Shown one piece after another: positions 22,345 through 33,080 of a stretch of 64,000 bases of DNA (the stretch's first letter is position 1; every line of letters begins with the position of its first letter). Where the stretch lies: positions 124,001 to 188,000 of the IMG/VR virus record IMGVR_UViG_3300045125_000168; one strand, given 5' to 3'. The notes beneath the pieces are model-generated. The model saw only the letters and a list, made by a program, of their open reading frames with translations, searched no databases and was not told the DNA's origin. The position numbers were made by a program, and so were the translations under genes.

Positions 22345-22538
22345 GTCTGGTGAAATTTTCATCAGTTCAAGAACGATGTTCGTCATGTCCAAGTCCTTGC
22401 CAAAGTGTTTTTTGTGGATCTTTTGCAAGGCTTCGACGCTCTCTTTGACGTAGGGGTCTTTTTCCATAGCGGCCTGCAAATAACTCCAGGCATAACCTTC
22501 CACAGAATTTTTTCTTTGACCTTTGCAAGATAGCTCAT
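22325..22538 (-). pseudogene. 5' half of a leader-bearing gene interrupted by the IscB element; 3' half at ~20593-20712
   Basis: MSYLAKVKEK-SVEG...SKTILR; removing the element can join it to DVRGWFVP...GKRRA*. Confidence 0.55.
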
Positions 22539-22579
22539 GTGCCCCTCAATGGTTTTGTATATCCAATAATCTTGGACCT

Positions 22580-24577
22580 TCAGGCATAATAGAAGTCCAC
22601 ACCGCCTACGGTCCTCGGATGCTCGATAGCAGATTTTACCGTGCTCCAATCGAGGCCATAATGCACGGCAGCATCCTTGATTGTTTTGAAATACAAGTTC
22701 TCTGAGGTTCGCACGGCCCTTTCCTTGCTCGGCTTCTGCTTGTGCTCCTCAAGCTCATACTGAAACACCACATCCTGCTCTTTTGCCAGAACAGGCTCTT
22801 TATGCGTTAAAGACCAAGTGACGGTGTTCGGATGGATATCATAATGCTCGGCAGCTTCCTTGACCGTCTTGAAATGCAGACCGTTTGAGCAAAAGCACGG
22901 TCTGCACCGAGTCGGGTGATCTCTTTTCTTTCCCTTGAATTTGTGACTCAAGTTGTCCCGCACACTGGAGTCCTGCATCCGTCGTTTTTGTGCCAGAGAC
23001 TTTAAGCTGGGTGCCTTGCCGTTGACCATCTCCCATCGCTCTTTCACATCACTTCGAGTGCGACCATTGAACAACATGCTCAGGTAGCTCTTACTCACAC
23101 CCAACTTCTTCGCAACATCCTCTTGGCTTTGCAACTCTTTAAAAACAAGGTCAAAGGCTTGCAGCAATACCTCGTCTCGGATGAAATTTTTGTCGAGCTT
23201 TTTGTCCTTGATATACTCAGTTGAGACCTCTTTTGCGGTCTTTCCCGTCACGATCGTTGTCACCTGAGTTGGTGTAAGTCCAAGCTCCTGCGCAATCTCG
23301 ATATTTGTCACACCATCTTCATAGCGTTTTTTCAAAACCTGAGAGGCGACATCCAGATCGACTTTTTTGTCGTTGGTGTAGACAAAGGATTTTCCAGTCG
23401 AGGCTTCATATCTGGCCTTGATCTCTGGACGCATTTGTCCATTTAAGACGTACCATACATATTGTTTGGTCACATCTAATTTTTGCGCAATTTCCGTGGC
23501 GGGAAGACCAGAATCATATAGTTCAAAAATCGTTAAGACTTCTTCGTCATTGAGGGTTTTTTGTTTTTCTAAGTCCTGGTTTTCCTCAAGCCATTTTTGA
23601 CGAATTTCAGGTCTTACTCGGCCCCATATTACAGAATTTATTAGATCTCGATTAAGACCTATTTTTTTGCTTATTTCTGCATATTTTAGACCTTGCTTTC
23701 GTAAGTTGAACGCTTCAAACAAAACGTCTTCAGGGATTCTCAATGCGATGTAGTCGGGAGCGTAAGGATCGTTGTAGCCAATTTCTTTGTTTGTTGATTG
23801 GTATTTTCTAATCCAATAATTTTCCCTCTCTGTCAAATCCGCTATAGGTACTCGTTCAATCTCAGAGATACTGCATCGATAATTGCAATTCCGCATAGCT
23901 TCATGAACGGCCATGGTGGAACCATTTCGTGCGGAACTTAAATGACCTTTATATCGGTAATCGATTCCATTGCTCGTTTGCCCGATGTAAACCTTACCGT
24001 TTTCAAATTCAATTTTATAAATAACTCCGTTTGTTTTGTGTTCCCTGTGAAAAACAAATTCAAAGATAGCCTTTCTTGCGTCTATAACTTTGGTCAAGCC
24101 TAAGGTATTCGCATGTTCTGCTTCGCTAACTTCGAGTTTCGTGGCCTCACGCCATACTCTTTTTTTATGAAAGAACTCCCCGTCTTTTTCATAGTGATAG
24201 CTTTGTTTCGCAAAGCCTTTAAAAATGAAGTTATTTCTGAATACGTTCATTTTCTCTGATGTTGAATCCAAGTGAACCAGCAGACCAATTATTGAAGTAT
24301 GTTTTTGAAGGTATTTAAGTACCTTTTGTAAAAAAATCCCTTCAAGGTTCTGTGGCTCAACCCATAGGAGCGATATCTCCAGGTAGGCCGTGCGAAGATA
24401 TTCCGGCTGGTAAGCAGATAACGGCGAAACTAAAAGCACACCAAGAATACGAGAGTCATCCTCGTCCTTCTTTAGGGCGAAGCAGTATTTCACCGTAGAG
24501 GGGATGGTTTGGTGGTTTTCTTCCAGGAGTTTTTTAATGCTTCGGGTGAACGTGACGGATTTTACAAAGTAGCTCAT
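22580..24577 (-). CDS. Homing endonuclease-like fusion: degenerate Mom-like domain, GIY-YIG, and HTH/NUMOD1 repeats
   Basis: GVIYKI...GKVYIGQT...R...ERENYWI...GYN; several HTH repeats; FKTVKEAAEHY and FKTIKDAAVHY. Confidence 0.8.
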   Translation of the reverse strand: MSYFVKSVTFTRSIKKLLEENHQTIPSTVKYCFALKKDEDDSRILGVLLVSPLSAYQPEYLRTAYLEISLLWVEPQNLEGIFLQKVLKYLQKHTSIIGLLVHLDSTSEKMNVFRNNFIFKGFAKQSYHYEKDGEFFHKKRVWREATKLEVSEAEHANTLGLTKVIDARKAIFEFVFHREHKTNGVIYKIEFENGKVYIGQTSNGIDYRYKGHLSSARNGSTMAVHEAMRNCNYRCSISEIERVPIADLTERENYWIRKYQSTNKEIGYNDPYAPDYIALRIPEDVLFEAFNLRKQGLKYAEISKKIGLNRDLINSVIWGRVRPEIRQKWLEENQDLEKQKTLNDEEVLTIFELYDSGLPATEIAQKLDVTKQYVWYVLNGQMRPEIKARYEASTGKSFVYTNDKKVDLDVASQVLKKRYEDGVTNIEIAQELGLTPTQVTTIVTGKTAKEVSTEYIKDKKLDKNFIRDEVLLQAFDLVFKELQSQEDVAKKLGVSKSYLSMLFNGRTRSDVKERWEMVNGKAPSLKSLAQKRRMQDSSVRDNLSHKFKGKKRDHPTRCRPCFCSNGLHFKTVKEAAEHYDIHPNTVTWSLTHKEPVLAKEQDVVFQYELEEHKQKPSKERAVRTSENLYFKTIKDAAVHYGLDWSTVKSAIEHPRTVGGVDFYYA

Positions 24578-24622
24578 AGATTTGCTCCAATAACCAGCCG
24601 TTATTTGAATATCGGCATTCGG

Positions 24623-24651
24623 ATAGTAGAGCTTTACAGTGAAAATGTCAA
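24623..24651 (-). promoter_or_regulatory. Sigma70-like promoter for the endonuclease gene
   Basis: TTGACA-17 nt-TACTAT. Confidence 0.6.
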
Positions 24652-24718
24652 TTTACACCTCAAAAACTATCCGCTATTATTCATTTGTCCATCGTAGCGA
24701 ATTGGTGGACAAATAAAC

Positions 24719-24746
24719 AAAAAAAGCCGGGTAAAACCCGGCTTTC
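24719..24746 (-). terminator. Terminator after the capsid gene
   Basis: AAAGCCGGG-TTTTA-CCCGGCTTT followed by a T-run. Confidence 0.8.
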
Positions 24747-24764
24747 CCCTGATAAAACAGGATA

Positions 24765-25853
24765 TTAAGTACGTTGTCCGCGAACGCATGCCCTGGCATT
24801 CACCACGATTTGACTTTCGATCTGTTCCATGTACCATCCTCTCCAGCTTTGGCCGAGAGGAGCACCGAGAGTATTTTCGACGGTGAGGGGCTTACGCTCC
24901 ATCACGACGCCAAGAGCTTTCGGGGTACCGAGGAAGTAGACTTCGCCCGGATTCAGCACTTGGAGGGTCTCGTACCTGAAACCATCGGTCATCAGGGTGA
25001 CGCCGAAGAAGTTTCCGAGCACACCTTCCATAATCAACTGATGTTTAGAAACTGGATCGTAGTAAGAAGCAAAATGGTCATCGGTGAGGATATCGTTGTA
25101 GAGGTCGATGGCGATCAGGGCGTGTTGGCAAGGAATCGTCCAACGGGCGATCTGAGTGCGCATGGATTGGAAAACAGAAGGCGTGAAAGCGTTGAAATAC
25201 ACGAGGTCGTTGTATGCGGTAGCGGCTGCGTCGAAGAGAGCCTTGGTGCGCAAGTCTTCTTGACGAAGGATTTGTTCCAGACCGTCGTTGTACTTGTGCT
25301 CAAGCAGGTCCGTATCTGCGAGTTCAAGTTCGAGGTTGTCGATGCGGATGTTAGCGAGCAGGTAAGCATCGGGAGGCGTCACGTAGTTTTGACGCACATA
25401 GGATGCGACAACGGTCGGGGAGGAGTGCGCGATGTAATAAGCGAGCACGTCTTTTTTGCGAACGGCAATGCGAGCGATGTCGCCTCGTTTGATCGGCTTG
25501 AAGCCGAGCAGCTTACGGGTGAAGCCTTCGCGGCCCAGGGCTTCATAGATTTCTTCGGTGACGGTTTCGCCGAGGGCGAGCCATTTCTCACCAGTTTTGT
25601 CGTTGATCGCGTCTTCGAGGATCGCTTGACGTTCAGCGATTACGGAACGACGCTCGTCAGAAGACAGGGCTTCGGTTTCTTTGCGGGCCACTTCACCGGA
25701 GCGAACGCCATCGACGAGGTTTTTGATTTGGTGCAAGAGGTCTTGCTTGGAGGAAGCGTTGATTTCGCCACCAGCGCCCACGAGGCGCTCACCGCCGCGA
25801 GGGCGGAACTCGGTTGCGAGTGTTTTTGGACGGGCTGCACGATTGATTCGCAT
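24765..25853 (-). CDS. Major capsid protein
   Basis: ~362 aa with strong codon bias, GGAG RBS and its own terminator; HK97-like layout (EQILRQED; GVLGNFFGVTL...PGEVYF). Recalls phiRSL1/PaBG-like jumbo phage capsids, from memory only. Confidence 0.8.
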   Translation of the reverse strand: MRINRAARPKTLATEFRPRGGERLVGAGGEINASSKQDLLHQIKNLVDGVRSGEVARKETEALSSDERRSVIAERQAILEDAINDKTGEKWLALGETVTEEIYEALGREGFTRKLLGFKPIKRGDIARIAVRKKDVLAYYIAHSSPTVVASYVRQNYVTPPDAYLLANIRIDNLELELADTDLLEHKYNDGLEQILRQEDLRTKALFDAAATAYNDLVYFNAFTPSVFQSMRTQIARWTIPCQHALIAIDLYNDILTDDHFASYYDPVSKHQLIMEGVLGNFFGVTLMTDGFRYETLQVLNPGEVYFLGTPKALGVVMERKPLTVENTLGAPLGQSWRGWYMEQIESQIVVNARACVRGQRT

Positions 25854-26192
25854 GGGAACTTGTCTCCACAATGTTTTTAAGAGTTTTTGGAAAAAGAGAT
25901 CGTTTTACTACTGCAACCCCAGGACGAATTTTTATTCGCCTGATGAATCGGCTAGACAAGGGAGACTTTCGCTTTCCCAGCCTTATAATTGAGTTATGTC
26001 CTCGCGGTCTTTAGAGCGCAGAGGCACTAATTAGGTAAAAGGGGTGACTTCTAAAATAATCTTATCGGTCAATTTGCGAGGCGTCAAATTCGCTGGTTTT
26101 TTGTGTATAACTAACTGTAATTGTTGTTGGAAATTGTCTCAAGTTTACGTTCGGTTGTACCGATAGGTAGGCGTTAAACTTGGGAGAGTACC

Positions 26193-27392
26193 ATGCGGGA
26201 ACTATGGCTGATTTTAGCGATAGGTTTATTCTCTGGGTGTGGTTCTGGTGAGGGTTCGTCTGATCCTTCTGCTTCAGAATCGCCACAACTTAAGCCAACT
26301 AATTCTCCGTCCTCGACTACTACCAAATCCGGTGGTGTGACAAATAATCCGAAGAATCCTGGCCAGGATACTAACGATGCCCCTCTTACTTGGTCACCGA
26401 GGGTTTCGCAAAGCAAAACAAAGGATGTGCAAATCAAGCTCTTGATACCGGAGTTAAAAAACATAAAAGCCGTGCGTGTTTCGGAATCTTTGTGTGGTTT
26501 GATCTACAAGGAGTATCCGTATGCGACTTCAATCGATGTTTATTTCACAGGTCGCAATACAATCATTTCTTTGGGTGTGGTTTTAGTAGGGGAAGATGGC
26601 AGTGTTTCCACCTGCCAAACGGTCTCGTTTCAACAGGATTCGACGCCACCTGGAAAAGGAGAGATCACGATCAATAATAATGCTGTCTATACCAATTCAC
26701 GCCAAGTCAAACTGAGGATTAAAAATGACAGCGCATCCCAGATGTATGTGACTAATGCCATGAGTTGCTCTTATGGTGGGAACTGGGAAAGCATTCCTTA
26801 CGGGGAGATAAATTGGACGCTTGATAGGTCGAATACGACGGTAGAAGTGTATGTGAAGTTCAAAGACGATGTTGGAAATGAGACGGATTGCATCAAGGAT
26901 TCGATTATTCACGATGATATACCGCCAACTGTGCCATCGATCACGATTGCGAATGGTGCCGCGAGTACCTCAGTGGCGAATGTTAGTCTGTCGTTATTCG
27001 CGCTGGGTGCAAAGTATGTAGACTATGGGAGCGCGTATGTTTGCAGTTCTCCGACATGGGAGAGCTACACGACGACAGCTTCGTATGAGTTACCTAATAA
27101 CGGTAGTTCTCAGCAGGTTTTTGCGATCTTTGCGGATGAGGCTGGTAACCGCACCTCTTGTGTATCTGACTCAATCAACACTCCGAGTGTCACTCTGACA
27201 TACTATTGGTATGAGGGGTCTTACTATCCGACTTATACTCAGTGCGGTTATACCAAGGTGAGAGATTATACCTCTCTCAAAACAAAGGTCGTGACAAAGC
27301 CGCCCTTCAGCGTGGTCACATCGAACATGGTGGGGAACTGCGATTTCTCTTCGGTGGGTGGCAACTATGAATGTGATTTCACCGATAACTAA
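26193..27392 (+). CDS. Lipoprotein with tandem Ig-like beta-sandwich repeats
   Basis: Lipobox LFSGC; repeated D.TPP..ITI.NG...D..GN.T.C..DSI units. Confidence 0.75.
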   Translation: MRELWLILAIGLFSGCGSGEGSSDPSASESPQLKPTNSPSSTTTKSGGVTNNPKNPGQDTNDAPLTWSPRVSQSKTKDVQIKLLIPELKNIKAVRVSESLCGLIYKEYPYATSIDVYFTGRNTIISLGVVLVGEDGSVSTCQTVSFQQDSTPPGKGEITINNNAVYTNSRQVKLRIKNDSASQMYVTNAMSCSYGGNWESIPYGEINWTLDRSNTTVEVYVKFKDDVGNETDCIKDSIIHDDIPPTVPSITIANGAASTSVANVSLSLFALGAKYVDYGSAYVCSSPTWESYTTTASYELPNNGSSQQVFAIFADEAGNRTSCVSDSINTPSVTLTYYWYEGSYYPTYTQCGYTKVRDYTSLKTKVVTKPPFSVVTSNMVGNCDFSSVGGNYECDFTDN

Positions 27393-27505
27393 GCAACTGC
27401 GGTAGGATTTGGGAAAATCCCTATCAATGTAGCGGTATGATAGTTTATCAAGGCCGCTACTACCCAGGTGGTCTCCAATGCACCAAACCTCTTGGTGTGC
27501 CATAA

Positions 27506-28072
27506 TTAGGGGTCGTAGCCTTGCTCGTGCAGGGAGTTGCCATCGGTGAAGACTTGAGAGGCTCGGACCAACTTACTTTTGATTTTGAACTTTCCGTTCA
27601 AACTACTTTCACCGTGGTCTTTCGCGTATTTTCGATTGATCGTCACCCAGTCCCCTAGGTTGATCTCGGGGTAAAAGCCTCTTGGTGTGGTTTCTTTTTG
27701 AGGTCATCCTCAGGTCCGAGAGTTCATCATAGGATTTACCTTGAAAGTTGCTCGGCATTTTCCCGTACTTCAAATGGTATTTGAGAGCTTTTTCTAGTTC
27801 AGAGATTTTCTCGGTGGTCGAGGGTTCATAAGGTACCGCTCGATAGATGCGAACTTTGGCGTTTGGCTTTCCTTTGAGGGCTTTTAGATAGACCAGGATT
27901 CGTGGTCGTAGGGTTGACCATCCCCATAATACTGCGCACCCTTGGGGCCATAAAAATCCTCGGGGTATGTGCCTTTGAGATCATGCAGGGGCGCACCGGA
28001 ATCTTTCCCAGGGGCTTGATGCTGCATCCGGTAGTCGTCGGCTAAAACCAATAGTTTTTTCAAAAACACCAT
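27506..28072 (-). CDS. Leader-bearing ART-like polyvalent-protein domain (frameshifted)
   Basis: MVFLKKLLVLA, then IYRAVP...GDWVTI...YAKDHG...TDGNSLHEQGY. Confidence 0.6.
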
Positions 28073-28380
28073 AAAATATCCTTATATTACTTATATATGC
28101 GACATATAATCTTATTAATCTTGACTTTTCAGTAGAATTGGTATAATGAAGACCAAAACCGAAATGGTGTCATAATTATTTGTTGTAATAATTTGTGAGG
28201 TTTTTGTGGTATCTTTTAATGAAGCAGTGCAAAGGTTGCGTCAGGCGGGACCGAAATATCGAGGCGGATAATCTCGCAGCTTGGGTCAATAAGGACGGGC
28301 AGCGAGGCGGCTGGGATGGTTATGTTAAGAAACTCGGGCTTGCTCCCCTGATCTGGCTCTGAGGTCACGCTGAGAAAAAA

Positions 28381-28463
28381 TGGTGGAAGAGGGGATTGAA
28401 CCACCGAAGACGAAAGTCAACAGGTTTACAGCCTGCCCCCATTGGCCGCTCGGGCACTCTTCC
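28381..28463 (-). tRNA. tRNA-Tyr (GTA) with encoded CCA
   Basis: GGAAGAG acceptor stem, anticodon arm GCAGG-CTGTAAA-CCTGT, long variable arm, GGTTCAA, ends ACCA. Confidence 0.9.
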
Positions 28464-28691
28464 TTAGAAGGTAAACATTCAGCATCAGACACAATTAGTC
28501 TTTTTGCAAGAAAAAAGAACCAAGGTGTGGTGCTTGCCTTTTAAGGGGGCCTGTGTTTTAGTTCTGACCACTTCGAGCAGCGTGCTTGAGTTTCAGACAT
28601 TTTTTGCAGGTGCAAAAAACACACAGGAACATTGCTACCATGGCGATCAAGATCCTCTATTGTCTTTCTGAAATTGGCAAGCGCGACTATC

Positions 28692-28952
28692 ATGAAAACC
28701 CTTCGGATGTCTTCCCCAGATCCAGTTGTTCTAACAATCGAACCTCGTCACGAATGGTACGAGCCTTTGTGTGACTTTGTGGATTTGGAGTCCTTGACCT
28801 TCGACTTTTCCAGGCCCCCAGAAGGTTGGCCCGCGTTAAGAGTCAGTTCTCCCAGTGCTCCCTTTTTAATGCAGCTTGTTCTCCAGGGTGTTTATCTCGA
28901 ATCCGATTTTCATATCGATCCTTTTACACAAATAGTATGTGTCAAAAGTTGA
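28692..28952 (+). CDS. Hypothetical protein
   Basis: ORF from MKTLRMSS. Confidence 0.4.
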   Translation: MKTLRMSSPDPVVLTIEPRHEWYEPLCDFVDLESLTFDFSRPPEGWPALRVSSPSAPFLMQLVLQGVYLESDFHIDPFTQIVCVKS

Positions 28953-29431
28953 TGGCTGATCTCGTCTCCGCTTTGGATACTCTCAAAAAAGTCAATGTTC
29001 TGCGACAAAAACGCATCGCGGAGCTTTCAAAAAGTTCAGGTGATTACGAAATTGTTTGTCACGAGCACCACAACCATTTGCGGCAAGATAGTTTTGAGCA
29101 TCTGCGTGAGCTAGTAGATCATGGTCTGTATGTCCCAGGGTTTAGTGTCTTAGTCCTTTGGGATAGCGTGAGCATTTTTGCACTCATGCGAGATTTGAAA
29201 TGGTCCGGGGAATATAAGAATCCGCCTCTGGCTCTACCCTGGGATCAATTACAATTTACTTACGGTGCTTCGCGACTTGCTCACAAAAAATTGCCGATGG
29301 ATTTTTATGGTGTGATCGACGTTTGCGAGCAAAGAAAGATCTGCAAAAGAAAAACAGAAGTTAAGAGCTTCAATTATTGTGGAAAGGACTTACAAGGTTT
29401 AGTCCTAATTCCCAAGTACGAGGATTTTTAG
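28952..29431 (+). CDS. Hypothetical protein
   Basis: ORF from MADLVSAL, coupled to the upstream stop. Confidence 0.5.
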   Translation: MADLVSALDTLKKVNVLRQKRIAELSKSSGDYEIVCHEHHNHLRQDSFEHLRELVDHGLYVPGFSVLVLWDSVSIFALMRDLKWSGEYKNPPLALPWDQLQFTYGASRLAHKKLPMDFYGVIDVCEQRKICKRKTEVKSFNYCGKDLQGLVLIPKYEDF

Positions 29432-29501
29432 CCTTAGAGCAAAGTCTGCAAGCACAAGACCAAAGGCGTAGCGATTTTTTATTGACGGAAGCCTCACAGT
29501 A

Positions 29502-29924
29502 TTGCCGAAGGTTAGCTGCAAGCAAAAAAACTATGGGCATGTTCTTGATCGTGAAATCTTGACCAAAAAATATTCCGGTGATGGTGTTTATCTTCGTAAG
29601 CACCTTGACAAGCACGAATATAAGTCGCGCTCTTGTCCCAGTGCTATGGATTATTTTTTCTTGGAAGAAATTATGCAAAAGCACCCCGATCTCTCGGACC
29701 CGCGCTTCTTTTGGTTAGAAGTTCGAGAAAATGATACCGTCGTCTGGGCAAACTCGGTGGTAGTTTGTGAGTCAGCCTATCATTTTGACCTTGTTTTTGT
29801 AGACAAATTGGCTGAAGAAGAATTTCCCGCAGAGGCTTCGCAAAAACCCTACACAGAAGAGGAAATCTGGCTGATGACCACACTTTTGAATAATAATTCT
29901 GAAAAGGAAAACAACCGCCCTTAA
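29502..29924 (+). CDS. Hypothetical protein(s)
   Basis: 140-aa ORF; may be two genes. Confidence 0.35.
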   Translation: MPKVSCKQKNYGHVLDREILTKKYSGDGVYLRKHLDKHEYKSRSCPSAMDYFFLEEIMQKHPDLSDPRFFWLEVRENDTVVWANSVVVCESAYHFDLVFVDKLAEEEFPAEASQKPYTEEEIWLMTTLLNNNSEKENNRP

Positions 29925-30003
29925 AGGGGCAGGTGACAGCAATCAAAACATGCCTAGTTGACCTCTAGGACGCGAGAGACGGGGTTCGAGAGGCCCCCTC
30001 CTA

Positions 30004-30429
30004 CTAGATCACTAACTTGGCTCGCTCGAAAAAGCTGAATACTTTGACCTGATCCCACTGGATGCGGAGAAAAGGCTCTAGGATTTCTTTCTTGGAGATC
30101 CACGGATATTTTTTTAAGTCTACCTTGTTCAAGCAATCGGCAAACTTTTTCAACCAAGCGTAGTAGTTATTTTTGAAAACCTGTTGATTCCACTTTTTCT
30201 TGGTGTTGCTTTCAATCACAAAATAGGCTGGTGGTATGACGAAATGTTTGTGCTCGAAGTGCTGCTCTTTCATAATATCCAGAGCTTTGTCTGCAAGGTG
30301 TGCTACGCCATATTCCTCAAAGGAACGCTGAAACTCTTGTAGCATTTTGCTGATCTCGGAAGGAACAGCGGGATCTCGTGGATTGCTCATGGAAGCACCT
30401 GCTCGTGGTATTATTGCGCGATTCGGCAA
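30004..30429 (-). CDS. Hypothetical protein
   Basis: 141-aa ORF. Confidence 0.55.
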   Translation of the reverse strand: MPNRAIIPRAGASMSNPRDPAVPSEISKMLQEFQRSFEEYGVAHLADKALDIMKEQHFEHKHFVIPPAYFVIESNTKKKWNQQVFKNNYYAWLKKFADCLNKVDLKKYPWISKKEILEPFLRIQWDQVKVFSFFERAKLVI

Positions 30430-30450
30430 TCTCTTGCGTGATTTGCGCGA

Positions 30451-31524
30451 TTATTCGTCTTCGTCCTGGAAGTCGTCTTCGTCGTGATCGTCGTCTTGGG
30501 CTTCACCTTCGCGGTCCAAGTCGGGCTTGAGATTGAGAAGACGTTTTCGTTGTGCTGCCGAAAGGTGCTTGAGAGAGAAATTGTTTTCGGGACGATAACC
30601 GCCCCCGACAATATGCTCGACTCTGGGGTCTTCCAGGAGCTTGAGGATATACTTATGCAAATCCTTGGAAGGCTTTTCGTTTGCAAAGCCTTTCATCTCG
30701 CCGATCTTGCCGTCGTTCAAAATGAAGTTGAGGTGAGGTTTCCAAAAGAGTTCTTTTTTCTTTTGTCGCCTTTGCCTTTGACCTCTAGCTCGACAGGTTC
30801 TCGGAGGGAAAGGATAATATCCCCAGACTTGGTATGGGCACAGTTGCCGCAGTTGCGCATGGCTTTCGCCTCTCGCTTGCAGCATGACCTGTTGACAAGC
30901 TCCACCCATTTCCACTTGTCGGGGAATTTAATAAAATCCTTTTCGGGTCCACCTTCGTTCGGTTTTAGGAACCGCTCGTCCGGTCTTTTTGCAAGTTCGG
31001 CTTGCTCTAGGGTGCGCAGTTTTTCAAAGACTTCTTGCTGCGAGGCGTGGGGGCTGAAGGTAAAATCCATGACGTCATGGAGTTTATGGATGCGGGCATT
31101 TGCGAGAAAGTGCCGTATTTGGCCGATACTTTCCTCTAGCTTTTTGCCTTCTTCCGCGATCTTTTTCATCCGCTCTTTGCCGTTGGCACTATCAACCGGA
31201 GCATGGATGATTTTCTCAATTTTCTTTTTAAGAGTTTCTTTATCAACATTTCCATGGAGATATTGGCGAACCTTTTCAAGCTCGCTATCTGGCATCTGGT
31301 AAAATTCGATCAAGTCCGAGGCCAAGGCTTTGCGAAGGAACCACATGATGCGATCTTCTCGCTCAAAGGCTTCCATGGCATCCTCTGACGACTTTTTCCT
31401 TATGATCTTTAGAATAAGGAAGGTCTTTCAAGTATTCGAGGTAGCGGCTCTTGCGGGAGGCTTCGACGAGTTTGACTCTGTTTTCAAGATCGACAAGTCT
31501 TTCCAGAATTTCGATATACCGCAT
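30451..31524 (-). CDS. PcfJ-like domain protein (frameshifted), paralog of 55096..56950
   Basis: EAKAMRNCGN...ILSLREP...KPH...GEMKGFANEKP...GGGY. Confidence 0.6.
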
Positions 31525-31533
31525 GGTGCGACC

Positions 31534-31818
31534 TCAATGGGTTCGACTTAAACTGAGTTTAAGGATGAGTTCTATTGTGTGGTTAATGAGCGTCTCGCGT
31601 TCTTCTTCAGGGCATTGCATAGCCGCGATAAAGGTCCCGATGCGGTGACTCAACACGGCAAGGAGATTTCGCGGCTCGACCACACCAAGGTTGAGTTCCT
31701 CCGTGATAAGGCTATCGATATAATTGGAAAAGCGGAGCATAGCCTCCAACTCGGGGTCGGGCTTAGTCTTCCGCTTGGCGGATATATCGATCACCTTTTT
31801 CAAGGTTTGACCTTTCAA
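31534..31818 (-). CDS. Hypothetical protein
   Basis: 94-aa ORF. Confidence 0.5.
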   Translation of the reverse strand: MKGQTLKKVIDISAKRKTKPDPELEAMLRFSNYIDSLITEELNLGVVEPRNLLAVLSHRIGTFIAAMQCPEEERETLINHTIELILKLSLSRTH

Positions 31819-32063
31819 CCTGGGGTGATAGTCGAGTTGTCGTATATATTGGTGATGTACTCAATCGTCGAATACTGTTCGAGCTTGGCATAAAGATAGC
31901 CGATGACACCCTCTTGCCTGAGGCTCTCCTCCGACTTCTTTTTCATTTTCTGTTGAATTTTAATCTGCCTTACCAATTCAACGTAGATTGGTCGTTGGTA
32001 GCGAGTAAGATCGTTAAAGTTATAAACTTTGCCGTTGATCTCAAGTTGCGCTGGTACTTCCAT
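31815..32063 (-). CDS. Hypothetical protein
   Basis: 82-aa ORF. Confidence 0.5.
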   Translation of the reverse strand: MEVPAQLEINGKVYNFNDLTRYQRPIYVELVRQIKIQQKMKKKSEESLRQEGVIGYLYAKLEQYSTIEYITNIYDNSTITPG

Positions 32064-33076
32064 TGCGAATAGCCTCGTTAGCTTTGTGGTAAGCGGTTAA
32101 TACAGCATCGACAGTCGGGAGCTTGATCTTGCGGTAGATCAGGCTTGTTCTTTGCTCGGGATCGGTCCTTGGGTCGTAACTAGAGGCCGGGTAATAATCC
32201 TCAGCGTTTCCGACCACTGTCGTCTTATAGGCCATCGAACCAAAACGGTGAGGCGTTCGATACTCAGGAGCCGTCAATGTCGGAATATAAAGGTTCCAGC
32301 ATTTTTGTTGGTGCAAGACATCACGGCATTGCCGTTTTCGGTATTTACAGCAATCTTGGTCATGCTATAGAGCGCACACACCTGATGCAGGGTGAGCTTG
32401 TTGGTGAGATCGATGATGGCGTCTTGATTAAAAGCGGTGACAGGGTAAAGCTGCTTGGGCGCTTCTTTGATCCGGTACTGGGCAAGGTTCGGGTCGTTTT
32501 TCTCACGGTCAGGGTCATACGTCGCATAGCTCAGGTCTTTGCCCACGATGATAACCTTATCCCCAGTCTCTTTGTAGATACGGTCGATGACCTCTTGGTA
32601 AAATTCAAGTGGTAGTGTTCTTGAGGGCCAAGTGATCCCAGGGCAAATAACGGTAAAGTTATCGCCTTCAGGGTTCAACCCTTTTGGGTGAGGATTTCCC
32701 GTACCGAGTCTTCGTCGGCTTTTGTCCAAAAAAGCTCAAGGTCTTTTTCCTTGTCCCGTAGCACAAGGTTGCAAGTCCCTACCGTGAAATAATCGACTGT
32801 ATGGATATTGCTTTGCGGCAGTTTTGCAATCAGACCGTCAGGCTCGGTGGTGGCGCGGTATACGGCATCGAAATAAAAATCTCTCGGTTCCGGGACTCGA
32901 AAGCTCGACATCCTGTAGACTTCGCGCACGTTGGGATTGTTGATGAACGGCTCAGGGTTTCGACACCACACGTCCAAAGAATCATGGAGTGAGCGCAAAA
33001 GTCTTATCAGTGGTGTTTGATAGATCAAGTCACCAAAACTCGCAAAGGTTGTCAGCAGTAAAGCATGAGAAGCCAC
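32041..33076 (-). CDS. GT9-family (heptosyltransferase-like) glycosyltransferase (frameshifted)
   Basis: SFGDLIYQTPLIRLL; CPGITWPSRTLP; IDLTNKLTLHQVCAL...VNTENG. Confidence 0.75.
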
Positions 33077-33080
33077 TAGA

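Noticed and set aside
24774-25880. 368-aa antisense ORF over the capsid gene, and similar ones at 8374..9228 and 30484..31302
   Set aside because: These are shadow ORFs produced by codon bias of the real gene, with no RBS or recognisable motifs.
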